Positions 28,425 through 36,687 of a stretch of DNA of 64,000 bases are shown here, piece by piece. Position 1 is the first letter of the stretch, and each line of letters opens with the position of its first letter. The position numbers were made by a program, and so were the translations under genes. Origin of the DNA: Bulleidia sp. (lineage in GTDB: Bacteria > Bacillota_I > Bacilli_A > Erysipelotrichales > Erysipelotrichaceae); the NCBI GenBank assembly GCA_045543875.1, contig JAZPXY010000070.1, positions 46,402 through 110,401 of the forward strand. Reading direction: 5' to 3'. The notes under the pieces were generated by a model. That model ran no database searches and had not been told where the DNA came from. It worked only from the letters and a program-made list of their open reading frames with translations.

Positions 28425-31010
28425 ATGGAACCTTATGAAATCGATGACCGCTATCCTGAATATGCCGAACCGTACGAACCGGTAAGGGGAAGAAAGAAGC
28501 GGAAAGCACTGAAACTGAACAGTCCGCTCCTGGCAGTTGCGGGAGCGGTTTTGTTGCTGGCAACCCTGTTTCAGCATCCTGTTTCTGTTCCTTTGATGCC
28601 GGTGATTCCGCCGCAGGCTTCCGTCACACCGAAGCCGCAGCCCAAACCGGAACCGCAGCCAGTGAAGGAGCCCGAACCTGCACCCGAGCCGGAACCGGTG
28701 ATCGTGATACCGCCGGACGAGCCGTACATACCGCCTTTTATCCCGTATATTCCGCCGACCGAACCGGTCATCCCGCCGTTTGAACCTGATATACCGCCGG
28801 ATACACCGGATCCGCCGGTACCGGTGCCGGATCCGCCGACAGTCGAAGTGGACCCGGTTGTTGAAGGACCTGACGAAGAAGGAAGAGATTATCCGACCCT
28901 GTATTTCGATATGACACTGGTCGATCTCAAAGGCGGCAAGGCAACTGCCAGAATGTTTGCCGATACCGGCAGCGGTTTTACCGAAATTCCGTATCCTGAC
29001 GGATTTGACGCACCAGTCTATGATCCGGACATTGAAACAGGAGATGTCTGGAGCGATTATATGATCTGCTTCATCGATCCGCCGCCGGGCGGAGGTATTG
29101 CCGGAAAGGCGAAGATCGTCTTTGACATTACCTATCCCGACGGGACAACAGGTACTGTCGAAAGCGAAACACGGCCGGTACATAACGGTACTTATGCCAA
29201 AATCGATGAAACATATGACGACGACGGAAGGAAGGATGGCGTGAGCACCAACCCGGAAACCGGTGAAACGCAATACACGATGACATTCGACGTCATCATC
29301 GATGACACTTTGGTCAAGGCGGATGAAGTCACAGATGACGGTGACGAACTGTGGCATATGGATTCCTGGAATATATACCACGCTGACAGTATCGAACGGC
29401 ATACGGATCCTGACGGGACATATCACATGACCTATACCTATGTGTCAGACACTCCGTTCCCGGACGGTGAATATGATTTCTCGCCAAGACCGCTTTTCCT
29501 GGAAGACGATTACAATTACTGGACACCGTTCAATCTCTATTACTATTTCATCAAGGATGGTTCCGGTACACTGCACAGTCCGCTATTTACGGATGTTTCC
29601 CAGGAACACAACTACAGTGACACAAATGATGATTTCGTCTATCATTTCTCGATCGATCTCAAGGATGCCGATACTTCCCAGCCGATAACCGTGACGCTGA
29701 TGCGGGAAAGAACAAATGTCGGTCCATGGGATGAAGTAACCGGAACCACGCTGACATACAGCGGATCCGGAACGACATGGACAGGCGAGATCACATATGA
29801 CATGGATGCCGTGGATCTGGAAGGCAGCCGCGGCCTGCTCAACCGGATGCGGTTCGAATGCGAGTATTACCTGACCAACGGCATGCACGGATGGATATTC
29901 TCCGATGGAACCGCAAATCTCTGGTCTTACAAAGGTGATTATGTGACAGCCCAGTCGGCAAAACTGGAAGACGGCATAGTGACGGCTGAATTCAAAGTCG
30001 ATTCGGAGATTGTCAGAAACTACAGCGAAAGTGCCCTGAAGATCGAAGAACTCACACTCAACAGCGGCGGCAGCAGCTGGGATATCAGCGGCAAAGCCGA
30101 ACTCTCAGAACTGGATTATTTCAACGATACGCTGACAGTCACCTACAAACTGAACGGCGAAACACTCGGCACTGACGCGGATGTGTCGCTGCGGATGCTT
30201 TACAGCGATGAAAACGGAAAGATCGAATGGCGCTCCGGCGACAGTGCCGCGTTCAGTACGGTACTGACGGAACCGGATGTCAGTCTCGATCATGTCTGGT
30301 ACTGGGGCGAATTCAACGCGCCGATGGGACTGCAGAGAATTGAAGTGGCATATACCGTAACTGCCAATGATGCCCAGGATATCGTTTCCGATGTCAGCCT
30401 GACATCCGAGCTGGAACCGGAAAACGGTATTTCGAAGAACGGAATCAGCGGCAGTGGTGCCCTTGCCGCGAATATGGATACCGGCGGTGTCATCTTCTTC
30501 AACAGCGCCGATACCTGGGTGCCGAAGATCGTGCTGCACTACAGTCTCGGCGGCGTCGCTCAGGAAAAGACATTCACTTTCACCGGGCAGAAACCCGACA
30601 AGGCATTCACGCCGCAGATCGATATTACAGTTGAAAACCAGACCGCCACACTGCGGATCGGCAAGGATTCCGATGACCGTTATGAATACGACGTCACGCT
30701 CCTGAAAGCCGGCATCGAGTGGGCGAAGAAAGAAGGAAGCAATTACACCGTTCTTTCTGAAAGCGAATTATGGAACAGCTCAGAAACGGACAATCCGGCG
30801 CAATTGAGCGGACCGTATTCAGACGCCGGCGGAATCTACTACATACTGAACTATGAAAGCATCGATATCGGAGAACTCAGACCGGCGGAAGCTGACTGCA
30901 TGATGATCGCTGTCAGCGCCGAAGGTACGGGTACGGATCCGGATAACGGCACATCGTACGAACTGCTTGGCGGTGTGATGTCATGGAGTGAATTCTTCGA
31001 TCTTGACTGA
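28425..31010 (+). CDS. Large (about 861 aa) membrane-anchored protein with a Pro-rich stalk and acidic beta-rich ectodomains
   Basis: RGRKKRK followed by TM LLAVAGAVLLLATLF, then about 95 aa of PKPQPKPEP/IPP-rich sequence and Asp/Thr/Tyr-rich beta-like segments. No LPxTG seen. Start inferred at MEPYEID. Confidence 0.75.
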   Translation: MEPYEIDDRYPEYAEPYEPVRGRKKRKALKLNSPLLAVAGAVLLLATLFQHPVSVPLMPVIPPQASVTPKPQPKPEPQPVKEPEPAPEPEPVIVIPPDEPYIPPFIPYIPPTEPVIPPFEPDIPPDTPDPPVPVPDPPTVEVDPVVEGPDEEGRDYPTLYFDMTLVDLKGGKATARMFADTGSGFTEIPYPDGFDAPVYDPDIETGDVWSDYMICFIDPPPGGGIAGKAKIVFDITYPDGTTGTVESETRPVHNGTYAKIDETYDDDGRKDGVSTNPETGETQYTMTFDVIIDDTLVKADEVTDDGDELWHMDSWNIYHADSIERHTDPDGTYHMTYTYVSDTPFPDGEYDFSPRPLFLEDDYNYWTPFNLYYYFIKDGSGTLHSPLFTDVSQEHNYSDTNDDFVYHFSIDLKDADTSQPITVTLMRERTNVGPWDEVTGTTLTYSGSGTTWTGEITYDMDAVDLEGSRGLLNRMRFECEYYLTNGMHGWIFSDGTANLWSYKGDYVTAQSAKLEDGIVTAEFKVDSEIVRNYSESALKIEELTLNSGGSSWDISGKAELSELDYFNDTLTVTYKLNGETLGTDADVSLRMLYSDENGKIEWRSGDSAAFSTVLTEPDVSLDHVWYWGEFNAPMGLQRIEVAYTVTANDAQDIVSDVSLTSELEPENGISKNGISGSGALAANMDTGGVIFFNSADTWVPKIVLHYSLGGVAQEKTFTFTGQKPDKAFTPQIDITVENQTATLRIGKDSDDRYEYDVTLLKAGIEWAKKEGSNYTVLSESELWNSSETDNPAQLSGPYSDAGGIYYILNYESIDIGELRPAEADCMMIAVSAEGTGTDPDNGTSYELLGGVMSWSEFFDLD

Positions 31011-31031
31011 TGATGACTGGAGGGAATAATC

Positions 31032-31970
31032 ATGAGTGAAAACAAAAAAACAGCCGGCACCGGCACTTACATCGGACTGGCACTTGCACTGATCCTGATC
31101 ATCCTGCTGGCGAATCCGGCAATTCTGCCGCTTCCCGCTGAGATGAAGGAAAAACTGGCGGAACTGGAAAAGACCCATTTCCTGATCGAAAGAAGCGGCC
31201 GTATCACCATTGCCCACATCATCACCCTGGTGCTGGCCATGTGTGTGCTCTGGGTCTGCTATAACGTGATCAAACTGATCCTGAATGCCATCAGCAGAAA
31301 CAGCGAGCGGCTGCAGACCGTCATGTTCCTGATTCTCGGGGTATTGAAATACCTGTCGTTCATCATCGCCATCATCTGGGGCCTGAGCATTCTCGGTGTC
31401 AATTCCACCGCCGTACTGGCCGGAGCGGGTATCATCGGCCTGATTGTAGGCTTTGGTGCCCAGAGTCTGATCGAGGATGTCCTGACCGGTTTCTTCATCA
31501 TCTTCGAAGGCAAATACAAGATCGGCGACATTATCATTCTCGATGACTTCCGCGGCACGGTCAGGGATATCGGTGTCCGCACCACCACGATCGAGGATGC
31601 CGGCCACAACCTGAAGGTCGTCAACAATTCCGATATCCGCAACTTCCAGAACCGTTCGGCAAATTCCTCGATCGCGGCCTGCGAAGTCAGCGTGTCATAC
31701 GATACGGATCTGGCGGCACTGGAGAAGATGCTGGCGGAGAACCTGCCGAAGATGTACGCGGTCCATAAGGATCTCTACCTGTCACAGCCGAAGTATCTGG
31801 GTGTGACGGCACTCGCTGACAGCGGCGTCAATCTGAAATTCATCGTCGAAGCGACTGAGCAGAATGTCTTCAGTGCCCAGCGGACGCTGACAAGGGATAT
31901 CCGTATCCTGTTCGCCGACAAGAATGTCGAGATCCCGTTCCCCCAGGTCGTTGTCCATAACGCCGACTGA
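31032..31970 (+). CDS. Small-conductance mechanosensitive channel (MscS family)
   Basis: AGAGIIGLIVGFGAQSLIEDVLTG, YKIGDII, GTVRDIGVRTT and IEIPFPQ-like VEIPFPQ. Confidence 0.93.
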   Translation: MSENKKTAGTGTYIGLALALILIILLANPAILPLPAEMKEKLAELEKTHFLIERSGRITIAHIITLVLAMCVLWVCYNVIKLILNAISRNSERLQTVMFLILGVLKYLSFIIAIIWGLSILGVNSTAVLAGAGIIGLIVGFGAQSLIEDVLTGFFIIFEGKYKIGDIIILDDFRGTVRDIGVRTTTIEDAGHNLKVVNNSDIRNFQNRSANSSIAACEVSVSYDTDLAALEKMLAENLPKMYAVHKDLYLSQPKYLGVTALADSGVNLKFIVEATEQNVFSAQRTLTRDIRILFADKNVEIPFPQVVVHNAD

Positions 31971-31985
31971 GCACAAAACACGGAT

Positions 31986-32050
31986 AAAAAAAAAGAGGAC
32001 CTAACCTCATTGAATAGCTGTAAAACTACTCAACTGTTAGATCCTCTCTT
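31986..32050 (-). terminator. Long compound hairpin terminator between convergent genes
   Basis: Minus strand GAGGATCTAAC..TTGAGTAG..CTATTCAA..GTTAGGTCCTC followed by a T run. Confidence 0.7.
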
Positions 32051-32058
32051 ATTTCATT

Positions 32059-32907
32059 TCAGTTGTAGTCGCCGCCTTCAACCCCGAAGTATTCTTCAAA
32101 GGTATAGAATTCGTCAATGCTCCAGATGGCTGTCGCATAGTCTCTGCCGACATAGCGGAAATGCCATGGCTCATATGAATAGCCGGTGATTTCATCCTTG
32201 CCCTTGGGATAGCGCATGATGAATCCGTATTCATGGGCATGATCTTTCAGCCATACCCCTTCCGGTGTAAATTCCATTTCCTGCGTCAGGTAGGTGGCGC
32301 TGTCATGATCAGAAATATCTGCCGCCAGACCGGTCTGATGATCGGAATAGCCGGGTCGGGAACTGATCGTATCTGCCACTTCCCAGCCGTATTCTGCCGC
32401 ATAGCCGCTGTACAGCTGGTCCTGATATTCCTGTGAACGGTAGCCGGAGCCAAGGATCAGCGTGATCCCGTCATTTGCGGCAGCCGCAAACATTTCTTCC
32501 AGCGCTGCTGCTGCTTCATTTCGCAGCGGGGCACTTCCGAATACCATCGCAACATTCGGTTCCCGCAGATCATACGGTTCATATCCTTCCGGCAGCGGAT
32601 GCTTCTTGTTGGCAAGCAGCAGCAGACTGTCGGTATTGCTGAAGATTTCCCAGCCTTCCCGGCTTTCGCCATTGCTGGCGGAAAGGAATTCTTCACCGCT
32701 TTCTTCCGGTTCACTGACAGTTTCTTCAGGGGTTTCTGTCATCTCTTCACCTGCTGTCTCTTCCTGCGGCACAGCCGCTGCTTCCGGCTCCTGCTTTTCG
32801 GCAGGACGGATCAGAGAAGTGGCGGCCAGCCCGAGCAGGGCCAGGCCGGAAAAGATCAGAGTCAGCAGTACCCAGGGTCTCAGTTTTCTTTTTTTCTTAG
32901 TGGACAT
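32059..32907 (-). CDS. M15B-family (VanY/LdcB-like) carboxypeptidase, membrane-anchored, copy 2
   Basis: Start MSTKKKRK (32907) and a TM helix; SGYRS, SSRPGYSDHQTGLAAD and YEPWHFRYVG all intact. Confidence 0.9.
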   Translation of the reverse strand: MSTKKKRKLRPWVLLTLIFSGLALLGLAATSLIRPAEKQEPEAAAVPQEETAGEEMTETPEETVSEPEESGEEFLSASNGESREGWEIFSNTDSLLLLANKKHPLPEGYEPYDLREPNVAMVFGSAPLRNEAAAALEEMFAAAANDGITLILGSGYRSQEYQDQLYSGYAAEYGWEVADTISSRPGYSDHQTGLAADISDHDSATYLTQEMEFTPEGVWLKDHAHEYGFIMRYPKGKDEITGYSYEPWHFRYVGRDYATAIWSIDEFYTFEEYFGVEGGDYN

Positions 32908-33643
32908 ATGTGCCGCCTTCGACGTCACAGTATTCTTCCATTGCGTACCAGCTGCCGCCGTTGTAAATGTCTGCGGCTGCTTCCTGACCGACATAGCGGT
33001 AATGCCACGGCTCATAGGTGATGCCGGTGATTTCTTCCTTGCCTCTCGGATAGCGCATGATGAAGCCGTACTCATAGGCATGCTGGATCAGCCACTGTCC
33101 TTCCGGTGTGTTCTCGAATTCTTCGGTCAGATAGTTTCTGGCATCATGATCGGAAATATCAACGGCCAGACCGGTCTGATGATCGGAGAATCCGGGACGG
33201 GAACTGAACGAATCCGCTGCTTCCCGGCCATACTGCGTTACATATTTGTCATACAGCTGCCGCTGCAGAGTCTCGGCTCTGTAACCGGAGCCAAGGACAA
33301 GATGCACACCGTCGGCCTCAGCGGCGGCGAACATTTCTTCCAGTGCGCTTGCCGCCAGACTGCGGATGAAGCATTCATTCAGCATATCTACTTTCGGACG
33401 CACCAGGTCCGTCGGCTCATAGCCGGCCGGCAGGGCGTGCTTTTTGTTGGCAATGACAAGAATGCTGTCGGTGTCATAGAACTGTTCATCCGCTTCACCG
33501 CGGAAGGCAGATGCGTTTGTAATATTCCCGTTATCTGCAGTTCTTGTATTCTCATTGATCCGGTTGTGCTGATATACGGTAAAGCCGATACCAAGCAGAA
33601 TCAGACATACTGCTGCTATTAACAGTTTTTTTGTTGTATTCAT
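32897..33643 (-). CDS. M15B-family (VanY/LdcB-like) carboxypeptidase, membrane-anchored, copy 1
   Basis: N-terminal anchor; SGYRA, SSRPGFSDHQTGLAVD and YEPWHYRYVG intact. Overlaps copy 2 by 11 nt. Confidence 0.9.
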   Translation of the reverse strand: MNTTKKLLIAAVCLILLGIGFTVYQHNRINENTRTADNGNITNASAFRGEADEQFYDTDSILVIANKKHALPAGYEPTDLVRPKVDMLNECFIRSLAASALEEMFAAAEADGVHLVLGSGYRAETLQRQLYDKYVTQYGREAADSFSSRPGFSDHQTGLAVDISDHDARNYLTEEFENTPEGQWLIQHAYEYGFIMRYPRGKEEITGITYEPWHYRYVGQEAAADIYNGGSWYAMEEYCDVEGGTYVH

Positions 33644-33822
33644 AAAGGCTTTATCTCCATTACGTTTACCTATGTTAACACAAAGATAACGGAAAGAAAA
33701 ACTGCGAAACGTTATTTATGTGTTATTATTTTCGGCTTTTTGCCACTCTAGCATGCTTTCAGGCATACAAAAAGACGGCCGGGCCCATCTCATTTTCTGA
33801 GACAATGCCTGCCGTCTCTTGC

Positions 33823-34656
33823 TTAAAGTGTTTCGAAGCAGACGATCATTCCGCCCCGTTCAGCATAATAGCTGCACAGGCCGGTGCAGTTGTCGACAAC
33901 GATATCTGCACCCGGGAATTTCGCCAGCAGTTCCTCTTTCATCTTATGCGCCTGATCAGGATTCAGACAGTGCGAGAGCCGCAGCTTGCCGCCGTTGTAT
34001 CCCATCTTCAGGATCTCGTTATACAGGGCTGAGAATGCCTTTTTGGCACCTCTGGCAATCGATGCCTGCTGAATGGTTCCTTCTTCCGAAGCTTTGCCCA
34101 GGAAGCGGATTCCCAGCAGCGAAGCGACCTTAGCAACAGCCGGATTGACACGGCCGTTCTTGGACAGATTGCCGAGCGATTCCAGCAGGAACAGGATCTT
34201 TGTGTGGGCATAGTATTCATTTACCGCACTGACTGTTTCCTCAAAGCCCATGCCGGCTTCCTTGCATTCCTCGATCTTTTCAATGATCAGCTGCATGCTG
34301 CCGCCGGTAGCCCGGGAATCAAAGACATGTACCCTGGCATTCGGATACTCTGCTTCGTACTGTTCCCTGGCCATGACACAGGAAGCATAGCTGCCGGAAA
34401 GATTGGAACTGATCGTTACCGCATAGACTTCTTCAGAACCGGCAAATGCTTCCATCCATTCGCCGGCATTCGGACAGGATGTGCTGTCCTTGGTGCTGTG
34501 CTCGAAGGCATTGACCAGGGCACTGGTATCCAGTCCCTTTTCATCGACAAACTCAACACCGTCAACCATGATCTTTAACGGAACTGTTGTATAATGCTCA
34601 TTTCCTTTGTATTCCAGCAGGTTCGAGGATGAATCTGCCACGATCCGATAACTCAT
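33823..34656 (-). CDS. DegV-family fatty-acid-binding protein
   Basis: IVADSS, TSCPN, ISSNLSGSY, DSRATGG, LESLGNLSKNGR and RG.KKA. Confidence 0.92.
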   Translation of the reverse strand: MSYRIVADSSSNLLEYKGNEHYTTVPLKIMVDGVEFVDEKGLDTSALVNAFEHSTKDSTSCPNAGEWMEAFAGSEEVYAVTISSNLSGSYASCVMAREQYEAEYPNARVHVFDSRATGGSMQLIIEKIEECKEAGMGFEETVSAVNEYYAHTKILFLLESLGNLSKNGRVNPAVAKVASLLGIRFLGKASEEGTIQQASIARGAKKAFSALYNEILKMGYNGGKLRLSHCLNPDQAHKMKEELLAKFPGADIVVDNCTGLCSYYAERGGMIVCFETL

Positions 34657-34723
34657 ATGCTTTACCTCACGCATTTATGATAGTTTTCTTTCAAATACCC
34701 TGTCAAGGGATACCTGAAAACCG

Positions 34724-36685
34724 TTAGCGGAGGCCGGTATGCTTTTCAAACCAGTCGGTCATCTCCTGCAGTCTTCTGATCCGGTGCAGAGGCTTGCCGC
34801 TGCGGCTCAGTTCATGGTTTTCACCCTTGAAGATCACCATTCTTGTTTCCACATTCTGAACGGCCAGAGCCTGCATCATCTGCATGCCTTCGGGCAGCGG
34901 ACAGCGGTAGTCCTCTTCACTGTGAATGAACAGGGTCGGCGTCTTGCAGCCTTTGGCATAATGCAGCGGGGAATGATCCCACAGATGGTCAAAGCCGTCA
35001 AAGATATGCGGTGCTCCGTGCTGATCGGCATTGTGGTAATAGCCGATATCGGAAATCAGGGCCTTTGAGATCCAGTTCGAGATCGAGCGCTGCGATACGG
35101 CACAGCAGAATCTGTCGGTGTGGCCGATGATCCAGTTGGTCATGAAGCCGCCGTAGGATCCGCCGGTCACGCACAGTTTCTTTTCATCGATGTTCGGATA
35201 CTGCTTCAGGACGGCATCGGTGAAATCCATCAGGTTGTCATAGTCGACATAGCCGTACTGATCACGGATGTCGGCGAACTCATCGCCTCTTCCGTCCGAG
35301 CCTCTGATATTGCAGAACATCACCGCAAAGCCGCGCGATGCCCACATCTGCATTTCATGGAAGAAATTGGTTCCGTAGACAACTCTCGGTCCGCCGTGGA
35401 TATCCAGGATCGCCGGATATTTCTTTTTCTTGTCAAAGTCCTGCGGCAGCAGCACCCAGCCGTGCAGCTGGGTATCGCCGGAGGTGAAATCCACCCGCTC
35501 GGGTCTGGCAATATACCGGTCCTTCAGTGCTTCATCATTGAAGGATGTCAGTTTCTTCAGCTTTCCGTCTGCCAGTTCATATACTTCAAACAGGCTGGTT
35601 TCATCGGATGCGATGACTGCGATCCGGCCGTTCTTCACATCCAGGCACTTGACGGCCAGATTTTCATTCAGGACAGCGGTCTGTTCAAAGTTCGCATCAA
35701 ACTTCCAGACAGCGGTATGATCATCATCCGTCACCAGGGAATACAGTGCATCCTGATCGACCGTGTTCTGTTTTCCGCCGCCCATGGTCACATCGGAGCC
35801 GACACTGCTGTGCAGAGCCAGCACCGGATCCTTGACAAAGACCAGTTCATTTTTCATGACCTTTACGATCATGCCGGTCTCATTGGAGCCGTAGGCCTTC
35901 TTGTCAGTTGCCTGACAGTACAGCTGATGGTTCATGACAAACATGTTTGAGATGGCCATGTTCTTTTTGCCCCAGAGCGTTTCCTTCTTTCCTGTCTTCA
36001 GGGAATAGGCATAGATGCAGTCACGCATCTTCTTCTTTCCGGTCCAGGTTTCAGCTGTGTAATAGACGGTATCGCCGTCAATGACAAACTCATCGACATT
36101 GGTATCCGGTCCGGTCAGCCGCTTCAGCTTTCCGTCATCGAGCAGGAACAGGGCGGTTCTCTTGCCGTTGATGAATCCGACATTGTTGATCCAGTAGGGA
36201 ATTTCATCGACGACATGATAGTCATTGTCCTGCTTTTTCTTTTCCAGTTTTTCTTTTCTGACTTCGGCGCTGTCCTTATAGGCATCCGGATCATCACGTT
36301 CGATGGAAGCAGTCAGAACATAGCGCTTCTCTCCGACGGTCTTCAGTGCGGAAAGTGCCAGCGGCAGTGTCATGTACGGCAGTGCCTCACCGCCGTTGAC
36401 ATCAATGCGGAACACTTCCGAAGTACCGTCTTCATGATTGGTTCCGGTTCTTCTCAGAAGCAGATGGCTGTCATCTTCAAAGTCAAGGATGCCGGCATTC
36501 AGGGAGGCTGTCAGCTGGCTGACCTTTCCATCCTTTGCCATCCAGACATCACGGCTGTAGCCGCTCTTGTCTTTTTTGGTTCCGGCCACTTCAAAGACCA
36601 GGACATTCCCGTCCGGGCTGAAGCGCAGTCCGGACGGATACCTGTAAGTCAGAATATCTTCAATTTTGATCTGTTCTTTTTTCAT
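34724..36685 (-). CDS. S9-family (acylaminoacyl/dipeptidyl) peptidase, copy 2
   Basis: DIHGGP, nucleophile GGSYGG, HSEEDYRC (Asp) and GENHELSR (His); N-terminal beta-propeller region. Confidence 0.92.
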   Translation of the reverse strand: MKKEQIKIEDILTYRYPSGLRFSPDGNVLVFEVAGTKKDKSGYSRDVWMAKDGKVSQLTASLNAGILDFEDDSHLLLRRTGTNHEDGTSEVFRIDVNGGEALPYMTLPLALSALKTVGEKRYVLTASIERDDPDAYKDSAEVRKEKLEKKKQDNDYHVVDEIPYWINNVGFINGKRTALFLLDDGKLKRLTGPDTNVDEFVIDGDTVYYTAETWTGKKKMRDCIYAYSLKTGKKETLWGKKNMAISNMFVMNHQLYCQATDKKAYGSNETGMIVKVMKNELVFVKDPVLALHSSVGSDVTMGGGKQNTVDQDALYSLVTDDDHTAVWKFDANFEQTAVLNENLAVKCLDVKNGRIAVIASDETSLFEVYELADGKLKKLTSFNDEALKDRYIARPERVDFTSGDTQLHGWVLLPQDFDKKKKYPAILDIHGGPRVVYGTNFFHEMQMWASRGFAVMFCNIRGSDGRGDEFADIRDQYGYVDYDNLMDFTDAVLKQYPNIDEKKLCVTGGSYGGFMTNWIIGHTDRFCCAVSQRSISNWISKALISDIGYYHNADQHGAPHIFDGFDHLWDHSPLHYAKGCKTPTLFIHSEEDYRCPLPEGMQMMQALAVQNVETRMVIFKGENHELSRSGKPLHRIRRLQEMTDWFEKHTGLR

Positions 36686-36687
36686 AA

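Noticed and set aside
32059-33081. 340-aa ORF as a single long gene, or a frameshifted fusion of the two M15B genes
   Set aside because: The upstream gene ends with its own stop at 32897, and the downstream gene has its own ATG (32907), basic N-terminus and TM helix; the extra 58 codons overlap the other gene.
32059-33643. VanY-like genes as evidence of vancomycin resistance
   Set aside because: No vanA/B ligase, vanH, vanX or vanRS is present; housekeeping LdcB/VanY-like enzymes share these motifs.
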